DNA from: Octopus vulgaris
Taxonomy: Eukaryota
Assembly (NCBI GenBank): GCA_951406725.2
Contig: OX597830.1
Span: forward strand, 71,238,001-71,302,000
Reading direction: 5' to 3'
Length of the DNA: 64,000 nt
Positions within the stretch are counted from its first letter, which is position 1. Each line of letters starts with the position of its first letter. The notes under the pieces were generated by a model. It searched no databases. It had not been told where the DNA came from and saw nothing but the letters and a program-made list of their open reading frames with translations. Positions 40,553 to 53,075 of this stretch are shown one piece after another. Both the position numbers and the translations under genes were made by a program.

Positions 40553-40681
40553 GCAGAGATAGCATGAGAGGGAACGAGTGAGACAGACAGAGAAACAGAG
40601 GGAAGGAACAGATAGGTAGTTCTGGTGTGAGGGGAGTAAATGTAGAAAAAAATATATATATATATATAAACGATATACGTC

Positions 40682-40932
40682 GCCCTTTTCAAGTCTAGTC
40701 AGGCTCATGGGCCCGGTTTCCCGGTTACTCAAGAAACAGGAAGAGAGAGAGAGAGAGAGAGAGAAGTTGTGGCGAAAGAGTACAACAGGGATCGCCACCA
40801 CCCCCTGCCGGAGTGTCGTGGAGCTTTTTAGGTGTTTTCGCTCAATAAACACGCATAACGCCCGGTCTGGGAATCGAAACCGCGATTCTTCGACCGGGAG
40901 TCCGCTGCACTAACCACTGGGCCATTGCGCCT

Positions 40933-40935
<3 letters not shown>
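40682..40935 (-). mobile_element. SINE family C head/body with a family D-type tail
   Basis: Minus tail AACCGGGAAACCGGGCCCATGAGCCTGACTAGACTTGAAAAGG matches 23537-23579. Confidence 0.8.
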
Positions 40936-40980
<45 letters not shown>

Positions 40981-40997
40981 CTATATATATATGTGTG

Positions 40998-41037
<40 letters not shown>

Positions 41038-41061
41038 CGTATGTATTTGTATATATATATT

Positions 41062-41112
<51 letters not shown>

Positions 41113-41120
41113 ACACAGAG

Positions 41121-41219
<99 letters not shown>

Positions 41220-41655
41220 TTGCAGACATGGCTGTGCAGTCAGAAATATACTTCTCAACCACATGATTTCAGGTTCAGTCACATTGCGTGGCACATTGAG
41301 CAGGTGTCGTCTACTATAAATCTGAGTCGACCAATGTCACATGAGTGAATTTAGGAGAGAGAAACTGTGTGGAAATACGTCTTATATATATATGTATATG
41401 TGTTTGTGTTTGGCACCCCCAACCTTGCACTGCTTGACAAATCCTCGTGATCAGCAGTTCAGCGTAAATACACCGATAGAATGTGCACCTAACATAAGGA
41501 AGTACTTGTTGGGCTGATTTATTCAACTAACCTCATTGGCCGCAATCCAATGACGGAAATAAGTGAAAAATATAAGATTAAAAAACTCATATATATATTG
41601 TGTATGTGTTTGAGTGTAAAGGATTCTATATATGTCGCAATTACAGTTATTGATA

Positions 41656-42150
41656 TAATGTTCGTCCTTCGGGTTCGAAGATGACCATTGACATCATTTG
41701 GTGGAATTGCTGCTATGAGACCGGATGTGGCTGATGAGGCCTATCCGGGCAAGAAAGCCCCTCCCACAGGTGGGACAGAAGTGGGTAGGGGCTGTGTTAT
41801 TGGTGCAGGTGGCTCTGGCTTTCTGCATCTGGCGTTTCTGTTCTGCTGACTGAATCCGTCTCTCCTCGGCTGTCTTTGCTCCTGTGGTGATTGCGCTGCG
41901 CCAGGATGAGCGGTCGGCAGCAAGTGTCTCCCAAGTCTCTGTGCCGATGGAGAAGTCCTTGAGAGAGACTTTGAGACTGTCCTTGAAGCGCTTCTTCTGC
42001 CCTCCGACTTTGCGTTTGCCCTGGCTGAGTTCACCGTAGAAGAGCTGTTTTGGGATGCGAGTGTCGGACACGCGGGAGACGTGGCCTGCCCATCTCAGCT
42101 GGGCCTTGCGCATGATCGTGATGGTGCTAGGGAGATCTGCCTGCTTCAGA
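41656..42150 (-). mobile_element. 5'-truncated RTE (BovB-like) LINE with an unbroken C-terminal frame
   Basis: AQLRWAGHVSR..RIPKQLFYGEL..GGQKKRFKDSLK..CPTCGRGF..IGLISHIRSH*; short 3' UTR GGTCATCTTCG..CGAAGGACGAAC. Confidence 0.92.
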
Positions 42151-43994
42151 ACTTATATAGATATATATAATTGTGTTCAAACATTCAGCATATTTCCTAT
42201 GCATGGTGCAACACAGATGCAGTCAACTACCAGGCCGCAGATTACAGTCTAGTCCAGAGTCGTGACCGTGGAAAATTTGGTATCGAGCTGCCTGAAAATA
42301 TAAAGTTTATTAAGCCAGTTAAATGTGTTAAATGTATGTTGTAATTGGTATCGAAGAGACTTTCGGACTCTTGTACACATAGGGCACAACGTGCCTCTCT
42401 GTCTATGTCCGTCTGTCTCTCTCTGTCTCTACCACCGTCTCACCCTACCTCTTTCTTCTCTCCCTGTATATTTCTCTGTCTCTTTTTATATAATTCTCTC
42501 TGTCTCTCTGTCTCTCTGTCTCTCTGTCTCCCTCTGTCTCTGTCTGTCTGTCTCTCTCTCTGTCTCTCTCTCTCTCTTTCTGTCTGTATCCGTCGCTCTC
42601 TCACGCACACATTCACACGGTATTCTGCCTTCATTTGCTCGCCAAGATTTTTTAACGTCTCCTTTTTCTTTGATGGATTGTCTCTGTTTCTATGTCCGTT
42701 CCTCTCATTCTTCCTTTATTCCTCTCTTTCTTTCATTCTCTCTTTCCCCTTCATTTTATTGGTCTTCCATACCTTCGTTAAATATTTTTTTCCATTCTGC
42801 TTTCTTCACTCCCTGCTTGTCCCTTTGTGAAGCTCTCCCTTTCTATCCCCACCACCTCACATTATCATTTCTTCCCTCTTCCTCTTTGTTTTCTGATGAT
42901 ACCGATGCCTGTTTCTATGACAACACCGTTCAGTGTTACAGGCATTTAAATTCCTATTAATGTCTGTTGCTAAGGTAATAACACCTTCCTGGGTAAAGGG
43001 ATATGTGAGTTGCTACAGCAACATGCATAGCTGCATCAAATCTAGTGCATGTCACGTTACTGTGAAAATTTGGGCCTTAGATCTTAGCAATCACTGGCGA
43101 CCGGTTTGTATACTTATTAAAACTCTTCATTAACGTCAGTAACTTGCATTCTCACGACTAATTCTAAGACTTATGAAGCGACCCAATGGAAAATTCTCTT
43201 AGGTACACACTCGGCTTGCTGTCAAATCTCGCTCTCAATATTACATATGCAAAATACACGTCACATAAAATGTAGGCCTATAGTGATGGATAGTGAAAAA
43301 CAACCGAAAAAACCTTGCTTTATGAATCAGTTAAAACAAAATTGATCTAAGGTTAGTTGAAAGCAATACTATAGAATTACGACTAAATATGGACAATACA
43401 ATAATTTTGATGAAAAGTTACTGATAATATTCAGAGAGAAAACCGTCAAGCATACAAACGGATAGTTTTTATACTAATTTAAATACTTAATTTAGTGTAA
43501 GTGATGTCGGGTTAGAATCCTGGTTTAGAAAGAGGGCAGATGATAGTCTCATCTACATCAAAGGCTTATATACATACAAGTAGAAACGCTATGGGATTCT
43601 GGGTAAGCATAAATCTGAAACTGATGGAAAACCTTTAGAGATTCTACACAATTTTCCCTTAGACAATAAAGGAATGACGCTTAAACCGTAATGTTACTAA
43701 TGAGTAATATATTGTAACAAACCAGTAGAATGAGTGCTCAGCACTAGAGAAGTGGGTAAACAAGTATTTTTCAAGAGAATTTTTGTAAATTCTCATATTC
43801 TTGGTAGCAAAGGTCAGCATTTTATAAACCAGAATTCAAAATACAAACGATTCACTGGTGAATAAAGAATTCTAGTCGAACAAATAATGATCGCTAGCAT
43901 CAGGAAATCTCAGGTATCACAGAAGTAATAAATATTCTCTTTAAACGTATACACTCACACACACACACATAAATTTATATATATATATATATAT

Positions 43995-44409
43995 AGGCGC
44001 AGGAGTGGCTGTGTGGTAAGTAGCTTGCTAACCAACCACATGGTTCCGGGTTCAGTCCCACTGCGTGGCATCTTGGGCAACTGTCTTCTGCTATAGACCC
44101 GGGCCGACCAATGCCTTGTGAGTGGATTTGGTAGACGGAAACTGAAAGAAGCCTGTCGTATATATGTACATATATATATATATATGTATGTGTGCGTGTT
44201 TGTGTGTCTGTGTTTGTCCCCCTAGCATTGCTTGACAACCGATGCTGGTGTGTTTACGTCCCCGTCACTTAGCGGTTCGGCAAAAGAGACCTATAGAATA
44301 AGTACTGGGCTTACAAAGAATAAGTCCTGGGGTCGATTTGCTCGTCTAAAGGCGGTGCTCCAGCATGGCCGCAGTCAAATGACTGAAACAAGTAAAAGAG
44401 TAAAAAAAG
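43995..44409 (+). mobile_element. SINE family A full-length copy
   Basis: Complete head, internal TA/TG run, GTAAAAGA tail. Confidence 0.9.
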
Positions 44410-45093
44410 TATATATATATATATTTGTGTGTTTGTATCTCTTTATGTATGTATGTATCTATCAATCTATCTCACTCTCTCTCTATATTTGTGTGTGTGT
44501 GTGTATGAGTATGTGTGCCTGAGTGTAAATATATATGCATATATATATATATATATGTGTGTATGTATGTATATATATATTTACACACAGGCACACGAAG
44601 GATTTCCTCTTGTGTCCATGTTTAAAATTCCATTCTAGTGATATGGGTGTAAGTGCGGCTAAATGTTTAAAGTAGGTGGCAGTGCCTAGATTCTACGAAC
44701 TAGGAAGTCTGTGATAAGAAATCGAACTCCTTCACACATACACAAGCACACAAACGCGCACGCGCATACGCACATGTATGTACATAATTTTAAAACTTTC
44801 ATCGACATTGTTTGTTTTTATGTGCCTATATACATACGTACATTCATACATATACACACATGTATATATACGCATATATTCAAGCACAAATATATACATA
44901 CATACGTGCATACATATATACGTATATATCTATATATATACATATATATATATTTTTATATATATATATTTATGTATATATATATATTTATGTATATATA
45001 TATATATACACACACATATGTATGTGTATTCATATTTGCGTATATATATATGTATGTGTGTATATATATATATACACACATATATGTATATAT

Positions 45094-45255
<162 letters not shown>

Positions 45256-45561
45256 GTATGTATATATATATGCTGCGTGTGTGTGTGTACGCATGTATGT
45301 GACTGAGTGTGTGTGTGTACTTGCTGAGCATGTGATTTCCTCTGAGACCGTGAGTTGCAGCTGAGACAATTACTCGAACAAATCTCATTTTAGACATTTT
45401 CGAGACGCAAAACACCAAAAGTGTTAGATTATCTTTTCTAACACTTCATAATATACGGTGGTTGTAGTCAGGAATAAAACCAATTTTGAATGGAACTGTT
45501 TTTCCTGTTTTTCATAAATATCTCTTCCAGTATGTAGTTGTCCATTATTTATTATGTCGAT

Positions 45562-45946
45562 TGTGGAGGTGCAATGGCCCAGTGGTTAGGGCAGCGGACT
45601 CGTGGTCATAGGATCGCGGTTTCGATTCCCAGACCGGCGTTGTGAGTGTTTATTGAGCGAAAACACCTAAAGCTCCACGAGGCTCCAGCAGGGGATGGTG
45701 GTGATCCCTGCTGTACTCTTTCACCACAACTTTCCCTCACTCTTACTTCCTGTTTCTGTTGTACCTGTATTTCAAAGGGCCGGCCTTGTCACTCTCTGTG
45801 TCACGCTGAATATCCCCGAGAACTACGTTAAGGGTACACGTGTCTGTGGAGTGCTCAGCCACTTACACGTTAATTTCACGAGCAGGCTGTTCCGTTGATT
45901 CGGATCAACCGGAACCCTCGTCGTCGTAACCGACGGAATGCTTCCC
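45562..45946 (+). mobile_element. SINE family C full-length copy
   Basis: 11-bp TSD ATTATGTCGAT at 45551-45561 and 45947-45957. Confidence 0.9.
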
Positions 45947-46009
45947 ATTATGTCGATGATATTTTATTGGTTTAAGTCATTATTCTTCAAAACACATTGG
46001 AAGGGCACC

Positions 46010-46165
46010 ACTACAGCAAGGGCATAGTTTTTTGGAATTCAAGGGTGCACGGTTATTTGATACATTGGCTATACATCTGAGAGATCTACATGAAGTAGGG
46101 GTAGATGTTTCTAAGAAACAATTTGATTTCCTGCTATCGAAGGAACCAACATCACGGCAAAAACT
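46010..46165 (+). pseudogene. Decayed CR1-group LINE C-terminal fragment
   Basis: FKGARLFDTL..HLRDLHEVGVDV..EPTSRQ parallels 47377-47631. Confidence 0.65.
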
Positions 46166-46589
46166 CAAAAGGCGGTAGTAATATCGAACACCTTCCTTCA
46201 CTAAAAGCCAATCACATAAGAATAGCCTTTGGAAAGGTGGTAACACTGACGATGCCCTTGGATAGGGGCAGCCTTTGGGTGCTGAAACGCATAGAATGAT
46301 GTTAGTATATATTTTAGCAATTCTACTAATTGAACTGTTTGATGACAGGTTGGCACATATAGGAACAGTCATGCAAACACACACACACACACACACGTGT
46401 GTGTGTGTGTGCTTTCTCATCGTTTGATAACTATTCTTTTTATGTCCTGGTAAGAAGCAGTTCAGCAAAAGACATACTGAAAAGGATTGGCTTGAAATAG
46501 ACTAAGTGGTGAATTAAAAAACTAAAACGTTCATGCCATGCTCCAGCATGGCCACAGAGCAATAAATGTAACCTGTAAAAATGTAAAAT

Positions 46590-46915
46590 GTCCCTTCGGT
46601 CATGACTCACCATAGAATTGCGCACTAGAAAGTTACCCTCCGAGGTGAAAATCTGAGCAAGTCTGTTTATGGAAGAGCAGCAGTCGCCTATGCATACCAG
46701 CCTCTCCTCTCCATGTTACTGATGTTATCCAAAGGAATGGCAAAGGGGCCGATACAGCTTGGCACCAGTGACGTCGGAACTCATTTCTACAATTGACAGA
46801 ACCGGAGCAACGTGAAATAAAGTGTCTTGCTTCTGAAGAACACAACGCATCAGACCGGTCAGGGAATCTACTTCAAGTTTGTCAGCCCCACGCTCTAACC
46901 ACAAAGTCATGCGCA
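46590..46915 (-). mobile_element. SINE with a family D-type body and a different tail
   Basis: Minus strand GCGTTGTGTTCTTCAGAAGCAAGACACTTTATTTCACGTTGCTCC matches 23416-23457; downstream sequence differs. Confidence 0.6.
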
Positions 46916-47289
46916 AAATCTTTCCCTGTTTGTTTCATACTATTCTTTTCTTTCGTTCTTTCTTTCTCTATCACATACGTACGCTTTCTTAGGGGAAAGA
47001 GATTGTGTACGCCTCTTCACGAGAACGACAAACAAATGAAATCTCAATAATAGTCTTAAGGACATAATTCAATTGGTTTCCTTTGCCAAACTGTCGTATT
47101 ACGGGGATGCAAAGAAACCAGTCCCGATTTCCAAGTGATAGTAGGGCACAAACACAGTGAGGCACACATATACATACATATTCAAATGCATGCATATAAA
47201 CGCATGATAGGATTCAACATAGTTTCCGTCTATCAAATTAACTCGCAAGGCATTGGTATTCCCAGGAAATTGTAGAAGGCTGGACAACT

Positions 47290-47622
47290 TGATTTGATTT
47301 TGATTTTTCCAGTTTCAGCTCATGAGCTGTGGCCATGCTGGGGCACCGCAATTTGGTGTTGCTACATGGTTTTACTTCACGAATGCTTTTTAGCAACTGT
47401 CATTTGGTGCATGAGAGAGTTCGATGCAGCTGCCCTCATCTGCACCTCCTGCCGTGAAGTTGGTTCATCTGGGATACCTGAGAAGAAGAGATGCATTTTC
47501 ATTTTAAAGACATCTGCATCCACCCCATGCAGGTCTCTTAGGTTCTTCGGGAGGATATTGAAGAGCTGTGGGCCTCGGAAGCCCAGGCTATCACAGTATC
47601 TTGTCCTACATCTTGCTGCATA
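47290..47622 (-). mobile_element. CR1/L2-group LINE 3' end
   Basis: GPQLFNILP..FK..IPDEP..SNSL matches the ORF2 end (GPALFNITP..VPDKP..NNSL); followed by 3' UTR and AAATC repeats. Confidence 0.85.
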
Positions 47623-47944
47623 GTGGAACAAAACTCGAAACCATGTGGTCGCCTAGCGAATTTCTTAGAAACAACATGCATACATATATACATACACACG
47701 CGCACATACATACATAGAGACACACACACATACACACATGTACACATACAAACATGCATGCACACATACATACGCACACACATGATAAAAAACATACGTG
47801 CGTACACACATATATGCATACATACACACTCATACATAGGTACATACACATACATGCACATATATACATACATACACATGCTCACATACATACATACACT
47901 AAAGCACATATAAATACACAAACAAAGACACACACATACATGCA

Positions 47945-48227
47945 CATACATACATACATACATACATACATACATACATGCATGCATACATACATACATA
48001 CATACATACATACATACATACATACATACATACATACATACATACATACATACATACATACATACATACATACATACATACATACATACATACATACATA
48101 CATACATACATACATACATACATACATACATACATACATACATACATACATACATACATACATACATACATACATACATACATACATACATACATACATA
48201 CATACATACATACATACATACATACAT
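47945..48227. repeat. (CATA)n microsatellite
   Basis: About 280 bp; source of the MYVC/HTYI ORFs. Confidence 0.97.
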
Positions 48228-48229
48228 AC

Positions 48230-48510
48230 TATTTCCATTCGACGGAAATTTGTCCTCATCTTGTTTATTGTTAACACAACGTTTCGGCTGATATACCCCC
48301 CATCCTTCATCAGATGTCTTGGGGAAATTTCGAGCCTGGGTTATCATTCCTAAGGTATTTTTCGATGCTTATTATTATTATTGATGTCACTGCTTGGAAT
48401 CAAACCCGGAGTCTTGCGGTTAGTAACCCGCGCTCTTAACCACTACGCCATATGCCCACGGGCATATCCGTCGAATGTAAATAATGTAAATAGTGTACAT
48501 AATTCCTCAT
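48230..48510 (-). mobile_element. tRNA-headed SINE with a hammerhead and an inverted tail copy at its 5' end (family H3)
   Basis: Box A TGGCGTAGTGG and box B GGTTTGATTCC (48385-48456); (AAT)n linker; hammerhead 48273-48318; 48464-48510 is the tail in opposite orientation. Confidence 0.75.
48273..48318 (-). ncRNA. Minimal type I hammerhead ribozyme motif
   Basis: GACAT-CTGATGA-A-GGATGG-GGGGTATA-TCAGCC-GAAA-CGTT-GTGTT. Confidence 0.75.
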
Positions 48511-48771
48511 AGCTTAAATATACAACTGTAATACACACATACATACATATATACATTCACACATACATGCATACATACATAAACACTCATACATATACAC
48601 ATATTCATGTGCACGTACATATATACATACATACACATGCACGCATACATATATACATACAAACACGCGCATACATACATACACATAAACACACATACGT
48701 ACATAAACGCAAACATAAACATAAACATAAACACAAACATACATACATACATTCATACATACATACATACA

Positions 48772-48802
<31 letters not shown>

Positions 48803-49018
48803 GCTTTCAAAATGTGACCTCGTGTGTAGCGTTGGCGATTTTTTTCCTCTGTCTTCCCTTCTCTGGATCTTTCCTTCTCCTATGTTTCCGACGAAGAGCT
48901 CCGCTCGAAACGTTAAGCCCTCCTTCTTTCCTTCTTTCCTGAGCGTCCAATAATACTCTATTTGTTCCAAGTCCTCGCGTTGTTGTGTTTTTTTGTGCCT
49001 TCTTGTTTGGATTAACTT
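48803..49018 (+). mobile_element. Hammerhead-bearing element family H1
   Basis: 48884-48918 GTTT-CCGACGA-A-GAGC-TCC-GCTC-GAAA-CGTT-AAGC. Confidence 0.75.
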
Positions 49019-49767
49019 TACATACATACATATATAGACGCACACACATACACACGTACATACATGCACACTCATACACACATATATTCATACATACACA
49101 CACTCATACATACATACACATACATATACACACAGACACACATACACAAAAACACATACACACGTACATACACATATACATACATATATATGTATATGCA
49201 TATGTATATATTCTCTCGGTTTCTAAATGTTTCCGAGAACCTTATTCTCGGCGCGAATGTGTATAACCGAAAGACTACACATTGCGTAAATAAAAACTAT
49301 GTGTTCCCTTTTTTTCTTGTTTTTTTTTTTTTTTGGTTTTGTTTTTGAAGTCATTGAAAAGGGAATATTCTGAGTGAAATAAAGTGAGCAGTGACGTTTT
49401 TAGGGTTTGGTATGAAATGGTCAACGGAGAAAAAATTTTTAATGGGTATCGGAGCCAGTAGGAACTGTTTAGCGACCACCTAACAACGGACCAAACTGCT
49501 CATAAACATTCGGAGCTGGACATTGATTATTTGCGAATTTCATAGCAGCATGCCGGCTCTCGCTGATATATGTGCATGTATGTACAGATAGACACATGCA
49601 CACATACACACGCATGCACAACTGCGCGTGCGCAAAAAGCACACGTGCGTGCGAACACACATCTACACTGACAAACAACACGAACTTATACATGCAGACC
49701 TCTATGTGTTTGTGACTGAGTGGAATTATAAATATCTATCTGTATTCTTATATATACTTATACTACG

Positions 49768-49812
<45 letters not shown>

Positions 49813-49940
49813 GTGCCTGTGGATATGTGCGTCATTTTCTTTAAAACATCTATCCCAAAGCATATTATGTATATATATATATGTATATGCACGTATATAT
49901 ATATATATATATATATATAGAAAGATATATTTGTGTAAAA

Positions 49941-49982
<42 letters not shown>

Positions 49983-50021
49983 CATATATATATGTATACA
50001 TATATGTATATATATATACAT

Positions 50022-50071
<50 letters not shown>

Positions 50072-50072
<1 letters not shown>

Positions 50073-50345
50073 AAATAAATATAAGAGAGTGGTCACTATA
50101 TGGCTCACTCTAGCACTAGTCAATCCAAAAGGTTTCAACCACAATATTTTTGTGGTTGAAACCTTTGGATTGACTAGTGCTAGAGTGAGCCATATAGTGA
50201 CCACTCTCTTATATTTATTTTGTAAAAATATTATAATATATTATAAAATATTATAATAATCCAGGTTTTTCGGAGCACTTGGCCACTTGGTGTTGAATAG
50301 ATATACTATTAAATTAGTATCTAATTCTCTCACCCTTATTAATTA
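50072..50345. repeat. Fold-back element (~72-bp arms) plus unique tail in (TA)n
   Basis: 50072-50144 versus 50150-50221 with one 1-nt indel; tail TGGCCACTTG resembles the inverse of 33570. Confidence 0.85.
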
Positions 50346-50347
50346 AT

Positions 50348-50378
<31 letters not shown>

Positions 50379-52232
50379 ATTCATATATTGAAAAAGATTA
50401 TGCAGGGAGGTTAAGTATATTGGTTTACGACACTTTGGTAGATCCTTATTGTTTCTGGCATTTATTTGTGGCAAATCCATAATTACAGACGCTCGCGCGT
50501 GTGTGCCTTGCCTGGACAACGTCTACTTGTACCAGCGTTGTGAGCTTGGAGTCTTTATTTGTATATTTTCTTGTAGAAAGTTGAAGTCATTTTCTGATGA
50601 AACGTAAAGAATTTGTATGTATGTATGTATACATACATGTATGTATACATACATGTATGTATTTGTGTACGTATCTGTCTATCTTTATATTTGTGCTTGT
50701 CATTATATCATTTGACAATTGGTTTCGGTTTTTGTTTATGTCCATGTGACTTGACAATTCGGACAAAAAACCGATAGCAAAAGAAACCGGGATCGATCGA
50801 AAGGATCGAATAAAACCTTCAAACTTTAGAGAAAGACATATACTCATATACACAAAAGACACATGCACCCGCGTGCACCAACACACACACACAGACACAC
50901 ACACACACACATACACACGAGTACACTCACAAACACACACATGCAATATTATAGGTTATTCTAAGGGTTGTCTAGTTCCTCTATTGATTTTAGCTAGTAT
51001 CTATTTCCGAATACTTATTCATTCCACGGTGGTACTCCAGCATGACCGCAGCCGCATGACCGAGTAAAAAGATTAAAGAATACCTATATTATTTTATCAT
51101 ACACCTTTGTGAAAAGCACAATAAGCTCAGAGTGATATTCCAACCACATTTACTTGGTATTAAAACACGGAGCCTACGAATAGTAACGGCTATTAATTTC
51201 GTTTAATTACTTAATTTTTCTTAATTATTTTCACCATATCTTAAACAAGTCTTGGTATTTTTAATTTTATTTTTATTGTATTCTTTTACTCTTCTACTTG
51301 TTTCAGTCATTTGACTGTGGCCATGCTGGAGCACCGCCTTTAGTCGAGCAAATAGACGCCTGCGCTTTTATTTTACTATTTCTAGTATCTAGACTATGAC
51401 CATGCTGGAAGAGTTTTTCAAATTTTTCATTCACAACTTCGACCTTCGTTGCTTCAATGCTTAGTTTGATTATGAGTGGCGTAACGAGATTGCCGAAAAA
51501 TACACGTACTTATTAACATAATGTAAAAAGACATTCATATTCTCATCTATTTCTTTAAAACATTACTAGGGTCTCTCACCCTTTTTATGTCACCCTCTTT
51601 TCTTTCTCCCTCTATTCACGTGAAAACGTCACCGACGGCTAAGTACCGGACTGACAAACATAATTATTACAAGATTCCAAACATCAGTTTGATAATTACA
51701 GTTATTTGACTGAATTCTTCATTACTTTCAAATGAACAAAATCAAAGTCTTTGTTATTCCGCAGAAATATTGTAACAAATGTATTGAACAATGAAAATCA
51801 AAGTTGGTTTGGCTGGAATTTGAACGATTACAGCATAACAGTCGATCCGATGTTCTGGCGTTTCCGCAAATTGACTGCCTAACTATTCATTTTACTTGTT
51901 ATTCAAAATTCTTTCACTAGTAATTTTGCATTGTTTTCGTAGTCGTCAATGTGTTATGTCTTCCGGATTACGTGTTACCATGAAGAAGTTGCAACCGAAA
52001 TTAACTTTCAGTCTAAAATTACTGGCATGAAATTAATGAAAGGATAACGGAAATTAAACGATATGTGTCTACTTACGAATATGCAATTCCTTTTATCACA
52101 GCTTTGCATAAATCACTGTTGTTATGAAATGAAATATGTCTTTATAATTTTAATTCAAATACTTCAAACCGGAACAACATTCAGTAATATAACATGCAAA
52201 GAGCAACCACAGATGTCGCATGTTCATTTGAT

Positions 52233-53075
52233 ACTATATTAAATATATATACATATAAAGCTGAAGTTGTCTGTGTGTGTGTGTGTGTGTGTAGCAGGTT
52301 TGGTAGCCTTAAACTAACACTATCTCCTCCGAGACCCTGCGGCGAAAGTTGACCAAAATTGGGAGTTTGATAGAAGAAGGCTTGCTCTTCATTCCGTAGA
52401 AGAAAAACTTCAAATCGGACCATGTTAAGACCAAAATTTATTTACATCAAAAAGGTGCTTTTTTTCTATGAAAATCCCTATTGTTTACGATTTTTTGACT
52501 GCTGTGTCGCCATTTTTCGGTGTATTTCAACCAGAAAAATGTTCACTTAAAGAGAAGAACAAGCTACATAATGCCAAATGTTTACTTTCCAAAAATTTCA
52601 ATTCTAAAGGATTGAAACAAACCCAAGCAACGCCGGGCGATACTGCTAGTATATATATAAAGCTGAAGTTGTCTGTGTGTTTGTGGCAGGTTTGGTAGCC
52701 TTCAACTAACATTATCCCCTCCGAGACCCTGCGGCGCAAGTTGACCAAATTTGAGAGTGTGACAGAAGAAGGCTTGCTCTTCATTCCGTAGAAGAAAAAC
52801 TTCAAATCGGACCATGTTAAGACCAAAAATTATTTACATCAAAAAGGTGCATTTTTCTATGAAAATCTCCATTTTTTACGACTTTTTAACTACTGTGTCG
52901 CCATTTTTCGGTGTCTTTCAACCAGAGAAATGTTCACTTAAAGAGAATAACAAGCTACATAATGCAAAATTTTTACTTTTCAAAAAGATTGAAACTTTGT
53001 TAACGCGACATCAAAGTCTGCTGTTTTAAGCGCAACTAAAAAACAAACCCGAGCAACGCAGGGCTATATTGCTAG
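52233..53075 (+). mobile_element. Head-to-tail dimer of the Helitron-like element
   Basis: Unit 1 ends with hairpin and CTAG at 52649; unit 2 starts immediately and ends CTAG at 53075. Confidence 0.85.

Noticed and set aside
43130-43935. Purine-rich stretch resembling decayed retroelement coding sequence
   Set aside because: Many stops and no diagnostic motif.
48385-48456. tRNA-like heads (also 17485-17550 and 45566-45635) as tRNA genes
   Set aside because: No proper acceptor stem and they are embedded in SINE bodies.
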